DNA of 64,000 bases. It comes from Minisyncoccota bacterium. GTDB taxonomy: Bacteria; Patescibacteriota; Minisyncoccia; UBA6257; 2-01-FULL-56-20. The stretch covers positions 67,962 to 131,961 of the forward strand of contig DATKNL010000002.1 of assembly GCA_035541435.1 (NCBI GenBank). The letters are read 5' to 3'. The translations under genes were made by a program, and so were the position numbers. The notes below the pieces were generated by a model. It searched no databases, was not told where the DNA came from, and saw only the letters and a program-made list of their open reading frames with translations. Shown here in pieces: positions 1 through 8,940 of this stretch; positions within the stretch are counted from its first letter, which is position 1; each line of letters starts with the position of its first letter.

Positions 1-158
1 CCGATGATGAGCATGCCGAGGGCGGCGATCACGATCCCGAGGAGCAGCAGCGGCCGGTTGCCGAGCGGGACCTCGACCATGGTAAGGTCGCGGCCCCAGT
101 CGTCGCTCAGCGATTCCTCGAACGAGATGTTGTTTGGCGATGTGCGCTTGCGCGGCAT
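1..158 (-). CDS. Partial CDS (N-terminal ~52 codons; gene runs past window start); membrane protein, possibly penicillin-binding protein 2 (MrdA) downstream of mreD
   Basis: Manual minus-strand translation: ATG at 156-158 gives MPRKRTSPNNISFEESLSDDWGRDLTMVEVPLGNRPLLLLGIVIAALGMLIIG (basic N-terminus then TM helix), open to the window edge. Sits just downstream of mreBCD, where mrdA usually lies. Confidence 0.4.
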   Translation of the reverse strand, partial: MPRKRTSPNNISFEESLSDDWGRDLTMVEVPLGNRPLLLLGIVIAALGMLII

Positions 159-177
159 GGCTTCGTTGTGGACGTCG

Positions 178-615
178 TCAGTCGCGGTGCGCGCGCCGGT
201 TCAGGACCCCGAAGACGATCCCGCCGAACATGAGGCAGCCCGCGACGTCGATGACGAACGATCCGAAGTCGGCGACGAGGAACCTCGGCGCGACCGCGAG
301 ATAGAGCGTGAAAAGCCCCAGCACGATGAACGCGAGGCTCGCGGCCCACGGTTCCCATTTCGAATAGCGGTGCGCGAGATAGGCGGCGACGGTCACCGCC
401 GCGAAGATGAGCAGTTCGGGGCTCAGGGCGGGCTGCCAGTTGATGATGAAGATCGCCGCGAGCAGAAAGAACAGCACGTCCCAGATGTCGAACAGGAACG
501 CGAACGCGACGAGCGCCGCGAAGACGAAGTTCACGAAGACGCCGAGCGTCGCGAACCAGAACTGCAGCACGAACGCGAGCGCGAGGAAGAGGAGCGCGAG
601 GATGAACCGCATCAT
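178..615 (-). CDS. mreD: Rod shape-determining protein MreD-like polytopic membrane protein
   Basis: 145-aa, strongly hydrophobic. Start overlaps the mreC stop by 4 bp. Position mreB-mreC-mreD. Confidence 0.6.
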   Translation of the reverse strand: MMRFILALLFLALAFVLQFWFATLGVFVNFVFAALVAFAFLFDIWDVLFFLLAAIFIINWQPALSPELLIFAAVTVAAYLAHRYSKWEPWAASLAFIVLGLFTLYLAVAPRFLVADFGSFVIDVAGCLMFGGIVFGVLNRRAHRD

Positions 616-1319
616 GAGCCCTGGGCGATCACGACCGTCTGAACCTTGTTGATGTCATAGGGAAAGACGAGGGTGGCCTCGGTGAAGAGGCTGTCGGCCG
701 ACGTGCTCGTCGCGCTCACCTGCCCGACCGGCAGGCCATAGGGCATGCCCGGCCCGGCGGCATAGACGATGCTGCCCGCCGCCACGCCCGCCGTGCGCGC
801 GATCGAGCCGATCTTCGGATAGGACCCTCCTTCGAACAGGCCGTCATAGCTCGAGGTCCCCACGCGCACCGGCATCGTGAAGCCGCTGTCGAAGATCGTC
901 TCGGCGAGCGATTCGTGCGCGAAGACCTGGGCGATGCGGCCGATGAGCATCCCCTGGAACAGCACGGCCGTGCCGGTCGTCACGCCGTGGTCCGCACCCG
1001 CATCGAGCAGGAGCTCGTTTTTGAAATTGAGCGGATAGCGGGAATAGACCATCGCGCGGAGCATCCGCGGCGACGCCTGCGGCAGCTGCTCCTCGACGGT
1101 CTGATAGATGGCGACCTGCGCCTCGAGCGCCTCGTTCTGCGCCTCGAGGTTCGGGGCCAGGGCGTCACCGGGCGCCGCGGACGACGCCTCGCCCACCCCG
1201 CTTCCGGGCGTAAGCCACTGGCGGATGCGCCAGCCATAGGACGGCGCGAAGAAAATCCCGCCGGCAAGAAGCACGAGCAGGACGCCGAGGATCCAACGAT
1301 GGGACCGCCGATAGGTCAT
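612..1319 (-). CDS. mreC: Rod shape-determining protein MreC
   Basis: N-terminal TM, coiled-coil (LEAQNEALEAQVAIYQ), C-terminal beta-rich region typical of MreC. Immediately downstream of mreB. Confidence 0.75.
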   Translation of the reverse strand: MTYRRSHRWILGVLLVLLAGGIFFAPSYGWRIRQWLTPGSGVGEASSAAPGDALAPNLEAQNEALEAQVAIYQTVEEQLPQASPRMLRAMVYSRYPLNFKNELLLDAGADHGVTTGTAVLFQGMLIGRIAQVFAHESLAETIFDSGFTMPVRVGTSSYDGLFEGGSYPKIGSIARTAGVAAGSIVYAAGPGMPYGLPVGQVSATSTSADSLFTEATLVFPYDINKVQTVVIAQGS

Positions 1320-1340
1320 GAAAAAGGCTGCGATGAGAAG

Positions 1341-2384
1341 TTACAGGTTGATCGAGAGCGGCTTCAGCGGGTTGTCGAGCAGCTCGCGATGGCCCTCGAG
1401 GTTGTCGACGATCTGTCCCAGGCCGCGCACGACGCAGGTGAGCGGATCGTCGGCCACGTGCACGGTGACGCCCGTCTCCTTCTCGAGCAGCTCGTCGAGG
1501 CCGCGCAGCAGCGCGCCGCCGCCGCAGAGCACGATGCCCTGCCGCAGCACGTCGCCCGCGAGCTCCGGCGGCGTCTCTTCGATCACCTCGCGCACCGAGT
1601 CGATGATCGCGCGGAGCGACTTCGAGAGCGCCATGCGCACGTGGTTGTTGCGCAGCGCGATCTCGTTCGGCAGGCCGGTGCCGAGGTCGCGGCCGCGGAT
1701 CGGCACCTCCATCCGCTCGTCGAGCGGGATGGCCGATCCGACCGCGATCTTCGCGAATTCCGCCGTCGGCTCGCCGATCGCCAGGTGGAACTCGTCGCGC
1801 ACGAACCGCATGACGTCCTCGTTGAAGCGGTCGCCCGCGACCTTCAGGGTGCGCGAGACGACGGTGCCGCCCATCGAGATGACGGCGATGTCGGTCGTCC
1901 CGCCGCCGATGTCGATGATGAGGCTCGCCGACGGCAGCGAGATCGGCAGGCCCGAGCCGAGGGCCGCTGCGGTGGGCGACTCGACGAGATAGACCTTCGA
2001 GACGCCGGCGTTCAGGGTCGCGTCCTCGACGGACTTGCGCTCGACCTCGGTCAGGTTGTTCGGAATGGCGAGGATCGCGCGGCGGTACGAGACCATCGAG
2101 CTCGCCTTCGGGCGGCTGAGCAGGTGCCGCAGCATCTCTTCGGTCATCTCAAAGTCGGAAATCACGCCGTTCACGAGCGGGCGCACGACGTTGATGTGCG
2201 GCGGCACCCGGCCGAGCATCTTCTTCGCGTCGTCGCCAACCGCGAGCACGTGGTTCGTCTTGGTGTTCACGGCCGCGACCGATGGCTCGTTCACCATGAT
2301 CCCCCGCCCCTTCACATAGATGAGCGAGTTGGCCGTGCCGAGGTCGATGCCGATGTCTTTGAAAACCGAATCGAAGAGTCCCAT
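1341..2384 (-). CDS. mreB: Rod shape-determining actin homologue MreB
   Basis: 347 aa. DLGTANSLIYV, ILAIPNNLTEVERK and DIGGGTTDIAV actin-fold phosphate/adenosine motifs. Confidence 0.95.
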   Translation of the reverse strand: MGLFDSVFKDIGIDLGTANSLIYVKGRGIMVNEPSVAAVNTKTNHVLAVGDDAKKMLGRVPPHINVVRPLVNGVISDFEMTEEMLRHLLSRPKASSMVSYRRAILAIPNNLTEVERKSVEDATLNAGVSKVYLVESPTAAALGSGLPISLPSASLIIDIGGGTTDIAVISMGGTVVSRTLKVAGDRFNEDVMRFVRDEFHLAIGEPTAEFAKIAVGSAIPLDERMEVPIRGRDLGTGLPNEIALRNNHVRMALSKSLRAIIDSVREVIEETPPELAGDVLRQGIVLCGGGALLRGLDELLEKETGVTVHVADDPLTCVVRGLGQIVDNLEGHRELLDNPLKPLSINL

Positions 2385-2406
2385 CCGATTTCGTAAATGA
2401 TTGCGT

Positions 2407-3630
2407 TTATTTGATAAGCTTGACGGCCTCGTCGAGCGGGACGACCTTCGCGTCCTTCTCGCCGCGCCGCCTGACTTCCACCGCGCCGTCCCCGACCTTC
2501 GGGCTCGTGACGATGCGCCACGGAATGCCGATCAGGTCCGCTTCGGCGAATTTTTCGCCCGCAGATGCCGCCCTATCGTCATAGAGTACATCAATGCCCT
2601 TGCTCCGTAAAGATTCATAGATGCCGTCGCCGTCCGCGCCGTTCAGGGCGAGCAGGTGCGCGTCGAACGGGGCGACCGATGCCGGCCACAGTATACCATG
2701 GTCATCGTGAAAAAGCTCGACGATCGTGCCCATGAGGCGCGTGACGCCGATGCCGTAGGAGCCCATGACCACATAGTCGCGCTCCCCCGCCTCGTTCGTG
2801 AATGTGAGGTCGAACGCCTTCGCATATTTCGTGCCAAGCGGGAAGATGTTGCCCACTTCGACCGCCTTCTTCGCGTGCACGACGCCGCCGCACTTCGGGC
2901 ACGCCGCGCCGTCGTGCAGCTTCGAGATCTCCTGGTTCTCGGCATAGTCGCACGTGCCGCAGACGAAGATGGTGTCCTCCCCCACGTCGCAGGCGACCTG
3001 GAACTCGTGCGTGTTGCTCACCGTGAATTCGCCGCCGGCGGCGAGGGTGTAATAGGCCTTCACGCCGCAGCGCGCGAACACCTTCTTATAGGCCTCGGCC
3101 ACGCGGGCGTAATAGTCGAACAGGTCCTTTTCGTTCGCGTGGAAGCTGTAGAGGTCCTTCATCAGGAACTCCCGCCCGCGCAGCAGGCCCGACTTCGCGC
3201 GCGGCTCGTGCCGGAACTTGGTCTGGATCTGATAGGCCGCGAACGGCAGGTCCTTATAGGAGCTCACGTAATGCGACGCGATCTCGCTCATCACCTCCTC
3301 GTGCGTCCAGCTGATGTTGAAGTTCGGCTCCTTCTCGTCGCCCGCCGTCACCTTATAGACGACGTCGACGTCCCACCGTCCGGTCGCCGTGAGGTATTTC
3401 TTCTCGTGGAGCGCCGACATGAGCATCTCCTCGCCGTCCACCGCGTCCATCTCCTCGCGGATGATGTTCGATATCCTGCGGATGACGCGCCACCCGAGCG
3501 GCAGCAGGGAATAGACGCCGGCCGAGTTCTTATAGACGAATCCCGCGCGGGTGAGCAGCTGGGCGTTCAACGCCACCTCGTCCTTCGGGGCCGACCGCTC
3601 GGTTTTCGTGAAAAGCTTCGATTGGCGCAT
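2407..3630 (-). CDS. proS: Prolyl-tRNA synthetase (short ~407-aa form with Zn-ribbon insertion, no bacterial INS editing domain)
   Basis: Class II aaRS motifs (FRHEPRAKSGLLRGREF, GSYGIGVTR), C-terminal anticodon-binding domain. Start reassigned to ATG at 3630 (MRQSKLFTKTERSAPKDE); the ORF-track N-terminal extension is not protein-like. Confidence 0.9.
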   Translation of the reverse strand: MRQSKLFTKTERSAPKDEVALNAQLLTRAGFVYKNSAGVYSLLPLGWRVIRRISNIIREEMDAVDGEEMLMSALHEKKYLTATGRWDVDVVYKVTAGDEKEPNFNISWTHEEVMSEIASHYVSSYKDLPFAAYQIQTKFRHEPRAKSGLLRGREFLMKDLYSFHANEKDLFDYYARVAEAYKKVFARCGVKAYYTLAAGGEFTVSNTHEFQVACDVGEDTIFVCGTCDYAENQEISKLHDGAACPKCGGVVHAKKAVEVGNIFPLGTKYAKAFDLTFTNEAGERDYVVMGSYGIGVTRLMGTIVELFHDDHGILWPASVAPFDAHLLALNGADGDGIYESLRSKGIDVLYDDRAASAGEKFAEADLIGIPWRIVTSPKVGDGAVEVRRRGEKDAKVVPLDEAVKLIK

Positions 3631-3758
3631 CGCGTGAGGGGTTGGAATTTCCCTAAGCGTAGCACGAAAGGAATGCGCGTGCCACACGCGCGGCGCGGCC
3701 CAATCCACAGCCCCGTTTCGCGGGGCGCGCGCCCGCGTGCTACAATACGGGCATTCCA

Positions 3759-5966
3759 ATGGCAACGTCCCAGCTCGCGCTTGAGACACCGCTGTATGAG
3801 ATCGTGGGCGCACGCGCTCCGCTCCTGCGGCGGCTTGAAAAGCTGGGCGTGAAGACCGTGGGCGACCTGCTCTGGCACTTCCCCGTCCGCTACGAGGACT
3901 ATTCGAAGACCTATTCGATCGCCGAGCTCGAGCCGGGGCAGCAGGCGACGATCCAGGGCACCGTCGAGGAGATGCGCGTGCGCCACAGCTTCAGGCGCGG
4001 CATGGAGATCGTCGAAGGGACGATCGCCGACGAGACCGGATCGATCCGCGCCGTGTGGTTCAACCAGCCCTACCTCGCGAACGTGCTGAAGCCCGGCCGT
4101 CGCGCGAACTTCGCCGGCAAGGTCTCGCTGTCCGAGGAGGGCGAGCTCTATCTCAACCATCCGGTCCACGAGATCATCCGCATGAACGCGTTCGGCGCCG
4201 CGCCGAGCCACACGGGCCGACTCGTGCCCGTCTATCCCGAGACCCGCGGCCTCACCTCGCGCTGGATCCGTTTCATCATGCAGTCGGTCTTCAAGCGCAA
4301 CCCGAGGCTCGACGAATGGCTCCCCGACTCGGTGCTCGCCGAATTCGGCTTCCCGGACGTGGACGACGCCATCCGCACGGTGCACTTCCCGAACGAGGCC
4401 GAGGAGGCCGCGCGCGCGAAGCTGCGGTTCTCGTTCGAGGAGCTCTTCTTATTGCAGCTGTGGAATGTCCGGCAGAAGGCTCGGCTCGCCGCCGAGCGGG
4501 CGCCGGCCGTCCCCGTCGACATCGAGCGCATCAAGGACCTGCTCGCCGCCCTCCCCTTCGAGCTCACCCCGTCGCAGAAGAAGTCGCTCTGGGAGATCAC
4601 GAAGGACCTTGCGAACGAGCGGCCGATGAACCGCCTGCTGCAGGGCGACGTGGGGTCCGGCAAGACGGTCGTCGCGGCGATCGGCGCGATCGTCGCCGCC
4701 GACCACGGCCTGCAGACCGCCTTCATGGCGCCGACCGAGATCCTCGCTCGGCAGCACTTCGAGACGATGAAGAAGCTCTTCGACCGGTTCGAGCGGCACG
4801 AGGGGCCGGACGCGAAAAAGCTGCCGGCGATCGGCCTCCTGACCGGCACGAACGCGGTCGTCTTCTATGAGCGCGACATCGAGGCGAAGGTCCCGAAGCA
4901 GGAATTCCACAAGCACGTGGCGGACGGCGCGGTGAGCGTCGTCTTCGGCACGCACGCGCTCATCGAGAAGGGCGTCGTCTTCAAAAACCTCGGGTTCGTC
5001 ATCATCGACGAGCAGCATCGCTTCGGCGTGCGGCAGCGCGCCGAGCTCCTCGGGCGCAAGACGCGCGAGAAGAAGCAGGCGGCCGGGACCGAGCGGCAGA
5101 TCCCCCACTTCCTCAGCATGTCCGCCACGCCGATCCCGCGCACGCTCATGCTGTCGGTCTTCGGCGACCTCGACCTGTCGCTCATCACCGAGCTTCCGTC
5201 CGGCCGCAAGCCGATCGAGACGCGCATCGTCTCCCCGATCGAGCGGCAGGCGACCTATGACTTCGCCCGCAGCGAGATCAAGAACGGCCGGCAGGCATTC
5301 GTCATCTGTCCGCGCATCGAGCCGAGCGAGGACGACAGCGCGAAGGCGGGCGGGCGGAACGAGGCGCAGAAGAAGCTCGACCTCCGGTCGGTGAAAGAGG
5401 AATACGACCGGCTCTCGAAGACCGTCTTCCCCGACCTCAGGCTCGCGATGCTCCACGGGCAGATGAAGGGCAGCGAGAAGGAATCCGTCATGAAAAAGTT
5501 CGCCGCCGGCGAGTTCGACATCCTCGTCACGACCTCGGTCGTCGAGGTCGGCGTCGACGTGCCGAACGCGACGATCATGATCATCGAGGGCGCGGACCGG
5601 TTCGGCCTCGCGCAGCTCTATCAGTTCCGCGGACGCGTGGGCCGCGGCGAGCACCAGTCCTACTGCTTCCTCATGGCCGAATCGACGTCCGACGCCGCGA
5701 ACGCCCGCCTGCGCGCGATCCTCGAGGCGAAGAACGGATTTGAGCTCGCCGAGCGCGACCTCGAGCTGCGCGGACCCGGCCAGTTCTTCGGCGAGGCACA
5801 GACCGGCCTGCCCGACATCGCGATGGAAGCGCTCCGCAACCCCGAGCTCGTTCAGGGCAGCCGCGCGGCCGCGCTCAGGCTCCTGCAGGAAGAGCCGCGC
5901 CTGACGAAATTCCCCGCGCTCCGCGCGCGGGTCGAGTCGTTCGGCAAGAAGATCCACCGGGAATAA
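3759..5966 (+). CDS. recG: ATP-dependent DNA helicase RecG
   Basis: 735 aa. N-terminal wedge domain, helicase motifs GDVGSGKT, DEQHRFG, SATPIPRT, and the RecG C-terminal region. Confidence 0.95.
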   Translation: MATSQLALETPLYEIVGARAPLLRRLEKLGVKTVGDLLWHFPVRYEDYSKTYSIAELEPGQQATIQGTVEEMRVRHSFRRGMEIVEGTIADETGSIRAVWFNQPYLANVLKPGRRANFAGKVSLSEEGELYLNHPVHEIIRMNAFGAAPSHTGRLVPVYPETRGLTSRWIRFIMQSVFKRNPRLDEWLPDSVLAEFGFPDVDDAIRTVHFPNEAEEAARAKLRFSFEELFLLQLWNVRQKARLAAERAPAVPVDIERIKDLLAALPFELTPSQKKSLWEITKDLANERPMNRLLQGDVGSGKTVVAAIGAIVAADHGLQTAFMAPTEILARQHFETMKKLFDRFERHEGPDAKKLPAIGLLTGTNAVVFYERDIEAKVPKQEFHKHVADGAVSVVFGTHALIEKGVVFKNLGFVIIDEQHRFGVRQRAELLGRKTREKKQAAGTERQIPHFLSMSATPIPRTLMLSVFGDLDLSLITELPSGRKPIETRIVSPIERQATYDFARSEIKNGRQAFVICPRIEPSEDDSAKAGGRNEAQKKLDLRSVKEEYDRLSKTVFPDLRLAMLHGQMKGSEKESVMKKFAAGEFDILVTTSVVEVGVDVPNATIMIIEGADRFGLAQLYQFRGRVGRGEHQSYCFLMAESTSDAANARLRAILEAKNGFELAERDLELRGPGQFFGEAQTGLPDIAMEALRNPELVQGSRAAALRLLQEEPRLTKFPALRARVESFGKKIHRE

Positions 5967-5976
5967 GGTAGCGGCG

Positions 5977-7491
5977 CTACGCCGCCTTCGCGACCGCCTC
6001 CTTGCGCCCCTTGGGCGTCACCCAGAACCCGAGCCGGTACTTGCCGCCGAGCATGAGCCGCGTCTGCGCCTCGAGTCCCGGGAAGGCCCCGAAGACGATG
6101 AGCGTGACCGGCATGAAGGCCCACTGCAACAGATAGATGAGATAGCGGTACGGACCGAAGTCGCGCGGCTTCGGCGGCAAAAGCAGGATCGAGAGGATCG
6201 CCGAGCTCACGATGCCGAGCATCGAGAGCGTGATGATCCAGCGCGTCACGTGCGGCAGGTAGTATGCGAGGAGCGTCGAGCCGAAGTGCCGGCCGCCGAG
6301 GAAGAGCGGCAGCCATCCGAGCGCGAAGATCATGAGCGAGTTCGTCGCCCATGAATGGAATCCCTCGATCCCGTTGAAGGCCCAATAGCGCTTCTTCGCG
6401 GCCGGGATCTCGGGATCGCGCCGGAAGCCGTCGAGCATGTACGGGATGTTCTCGGCGCCCCAGCCCCACCGGCGCTGCTGCTTGTAGATGTTCCTCATCG
6501 TGCCCCAGAACGTCGGCGCGACGTTCGCGTCCATCGAGACGGGATAGAGCATCGGCTCGACGCGGAAGTCGCCATGATAGCGCAGATAGCCCTGCCAGAA
6601 GATGCGCGAGTCCTCCGAGACGATGTCGCAGTCCCAGAAGCCCACGTCGATGAGCGTCGAGAGCGGGATCGACTGCGACGAGAACGACGTGAGCCGCTCC
6701 GGCCGCGACTGCTGCATCATCTGCCAGAAGGTCGTCGAGAACGCGACGACGCGCGCGAGCGCCGGCGCCTCATAGACGTTGTTCGTGAAAAACGGGATCG
6801 GCTGATAGATCGCGCGCAGCGGGTCGCGCACCGTTAGAAAGAGGTACGTCAGCCGCCCGAAATAGTCCGGGAAGACCTGCGTGTCGACGTCAAAGACCGA
6901 CACGAGGACCCGCCCGTGCCCGATCCTCATCGGGTCGACGATCTTCGCCTGCGCCTCGCGGCCGGCCCATGCCTCGTTCGACCCCTTGCCGGGGATCTCG
7001 CCCGCCGCCCCGGCCGGGTGCACCGTCGTCATGAAGCGCCCGAACCGCGGACCGAACTCGCGCCCGATGCGCTCCCCCGTCTCGCGCGCGCCGGCGCCCG
7101 CACGCTCCTCGAGCGCGAGGACGACGATCATGCGGTCCGTCGGATAGCGCACCGCGAGCAGGCTCTCGAAGCTCTCCTTCACGACCTCGTACGGCTCGTC
7201 GTACATCGGCAGGATCACGAGGTGCCACACGTCCCGCCACGGCATGCGCACGCCGCCCGCCGACGCGAGCTTGTCGAGCTCGGCCTGCCAGTCCACTTTC
7301 ATATTGGCCTTCATCGCCTGATAGGTTGCCCGCAGGTGCAGCGAAAGGTACGCAGTCTTCAGGAGCCAATAGACGTCGAACAAAATGATGAACACCGACA
7401 CCCACACCGGCAGGAGCCAAGAAAAAAGGACCATCAGCACGATGGTCGACCACGCCAGGATTCCCGGCAGCATTTCGAAAAATCGTTTCAT
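5977..7491 (-). CDS. Family-2 membrane glycosyltransferase (cellulose-synthase / processive beta-glycan synthase-like)
   Basis: 504 aa. N- and C-terminal TM helices, GT2 core with DVDT-like and QQRRWGWG (QxxRW) motifs. Confidence 0.8.
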   Translation of the reverse strand: MKRFFEMLPGILAWSTIVLMVLFSWLLPVWVSVFIILFDVYWLLKTAYLSLHLRATYQAMKANMKVDWQAELDKLASAGGVRMPWRDVWHLVILPMYDEPYEVVKESFESLLAVRYPTDRMIVVLALEERAGAGARETGERIGREFGPRFGRFMTTVHPAGAAGEIPGKGSNEAWAGREAQAKIVDPMRIGHGRVLVSVFDVDTQVFPDYFGRLTYLFLTVRDPLRAIYQPIPFFTNNVYEAPALARVVAFSTTFWQMMQQSRPERLTSFSSQSIPLSTLIDVGFWDCDIVSEDSRIFWQGYLRYHGDFRVEPMLYPVSMDANVAPTFWGTMRNIYKQQRRWGWGAENIPYMLDGFRRDPEIPAAKKRYWAFNGIEGFHSWATNSLMIFALGWLPLFLGGRHFGSTLLAYYLPHVTRWIITLSMLGIVSSAILSILLLPPKPRDFGPYRYLIYLLQWAFMPVTLIVFGAFPGLEAQTRLMLGGKYRLGFWVTPKGRKEAVAKAA

Positions 7492-7641
7492 GTTCGGTGC
7501 GGGCGCCGGCGCCCGCGATGACGACTCATCATACGGCCTAGACGCGAAAATATAAAGGAGGAGGCCGCAAGGCCTGACGCTTTAGCCCTCGTTTCCTTAA
7601 TGATACCACTGGCGGCCGCGCAGCCGGTGCGCCCCGGCTGA

Positions 7642-7670
7642 TTGACAACCATCGCGCCGCGTTTCACAAT
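7642..7670 (+). promoter_or_regulatory. Sigma-70-like promoter (TTGACA-N17-CACAAT) for gene 7710
   Basis: Consensus -35 and a near-consensus -10 at 17-bp spacing, ~40 bp upstream of the GGAGGA RBS/ATG at 7710. Confidence 0.45.
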
Positions 7671-7709
7671 GATCGCAGTTATTCCAAATCAAAAGGTCAG
7701 GAGGACCTT

Positions 7710-8099
7710 ATGAGAACTGCCGTAGCAGGCGCCTTCTGGTTCCTGTGCGTCGTAATGACCATCGCCGCTTATGAAGACCCGGTCGGTTACGCGGGCTCAG
7801 CCATCGCCCTCGGCGCCATGGCACTCGTCTTCAACCTGGCCGCCGCAAGGATCCTCAGAAGCTATCCGTTCCCAATCGCGGTCCTCGCCGTGATCGGCGT
7901 CAGCGTCGTCAATGTGATGCTTAACTTGCACTACGGCCGCTATTTTGCGGAATTGAACATCCTCGGGCGCGCGGCATTCTCCCTGGTTGTTGCTTTGGCC
8001 AACGCGCTCGCCGTGGTCCGCATCATCGATTGGCTCATGAACCGCTTCGCCGACCCGGCCATGAGAAAAACTGGCGGCATCGACGTGAGCGGATTCTAG
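7710..8099 (+). CDS. Hypothetical small polytopic membrane protein
   Basis: 129-aa ORF with GGAGGA RBS 7 nt upstream; three or four hydrophobic helices. Confidence 0.5.
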   Translation: MRTAVAGAFWFLCVVMTIAAYEDPVGYAGSAIALGAMALVFNLAAARILRSYPFPIAVLAVIGVSVVNVMLNLHYGRYFAELNILGRAAFSLVVALANALAVVRIIDWLMNRFADPAMRKTGGIDVSGF

Positions 8100-8147
8100 G
8101 AGGCCGCCGGCATGGCTTTCCGCCGCCATTCACCATCAATAAAAATC

Positions 8148-8179
8148 AGCCGGGGCCCGCGCCTCGGCTTTTTTGTTTT
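8148..8179. terminator. Rho-independent terminator between convergent genes
   Basis: GC hairpin (AGCCG..CGGCT) followed by TTTTTTGTTTT, in the gap between genes ending at 8099(+) and 8195(-). Confidence 0.45.
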
Positions 8180-8194
8180 CAAAGAAAACGGGCA

Positions 8195-8818
8195 TCACAG
8201 CACCCGGCTTCGCGCGATATCGAACCATGACGGATCAACCTCGTCGAGCGCTTCGACAAGGCCGGGGCCGTCGATCAGTTCGAGCGGCAGGCCTTTCGCC
8301 CATGAGCGGGCGGCCGCCGTATAGCCCGCGGTCGTCACGAAAAATCCCTTGTCGGCCTTGACCTTCAACATGCTGCCATAGAGGTCGCGGATCGGGGGTT
8401 CCCCGATCTTCTTGTCCGCGCGGTAGTGCTTCACCTGCGCGACGGCGGTCGCGCCGTCTTTCTTAAGGACAAGATCGAGGCCGTGGTCCCCCGTCTTGCC
8501 GGTAACGGTGACGTCATATCCCCAATGCTCGAAAAGCCATCCGATCAGCTTTTCGAACGCGCGGTCGTCGATCGTCGCGAGATCGCTCATAGCGATGGCG
8601 GCAAGCCACAGGCTGCTCTGCCGGCGCTTCCTCCTGAAGACGCTCACGGCGACGGCGATAATCAGGACGGCAGCGAGGACCGCGAGCACCGTGACGATCG
8701 TCGCACCGCTCGGCTTGAAAACCACGAGGCCCGCCAGCACGACAAGCGCCGCGAGGACCGCGAGCGCGTTGCCCGGCGAGGACTGCTTGCGATAATACCG
8801 TCTGCGGCGGCGCGACAT
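8195..8818 (-). CDS. Membrane-anchored restriction-endonuclease-like (Mrr_cat domain) protein
   Basis: 207 aa. N-terminal Arg-rich segment plus TM helix, C-terminal Mrr catalytic-like region (WGYDVTVTGKTGDHGLDLV...QVKHY...GFFVTTAGYT). Confidence 0.6.
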   Translation of the reverse strand: MSRRRRRYYRKQSSPGNALAVLAALVVLAGLVVFKPSGATIVTVLAVLAAVLIIAVAVSVFRRKRRQSSLWLAAIAMSDLATIDDRAFEKLIGWLFEHWGYDVTVTGKTGDHGLDLVLKKDGATAVAQVKHYRADKKIGEPPIRDLYGSMLKVKADKGFFVTTAGYTAAARSWAKGLPLELIDGPGLVEALDEVDPSWFDIARSRVL

Positions 8819-8859
8819 GAGGTGTAGCGTTTAGTATACAAAATTCGACGATACTCAGT

Positions 8860-8888
8860 TTGACAACGTAGCTAGCCTATTATATAAT
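8860..8888 (+). promoter_or_regulatory. Consensus sigma-70 promoter TTGACA-N17-TATAAT for gene 8941
   Basis: Perfect -35 and -10 hexamers at 17-bp spacing in an AT-rich gap, followed by AAGGAGA RBS and ATG at 8941. Confidence 0.55.
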
Positions 8889-8940
8889 TAGCTCGGTATT
8901 TTGGAAATCGAAATCACTGCACAGACAAGGAGAAGAAGCG

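Noticed and set aside
4-642. 212-aa plus-strand ORF overlapping mreD/mreC
   Set aside because: Arg/Glu/Asp-rich low-complexity translation typical of the antisense frame of a high-GC gene. The opposite strand carries well-supported mreD/mreC.
915-2396. 493-aa plus-strand ORF antisense to mreB
   Set aside because: Antisense to an unambiguous MreB gene. Composition (R/A/D/E-rich, no motifs) indicates a GC-driven open frame.
2656-3852. 398-aa plus-strand ORF antisense to proS
   Set aside because: Same reasoning: overlaps prolyl-tRNA synthetase on the other strand, and the Arg/Ala-rich product has no domain.
4449-5957. 502-aa minus-strand ORF (and 4055-4870 +) inside recG
   Set aside because: Antisense or alternate-frame of RecG. 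High-GC genomes routinely show long spurious ORFs.
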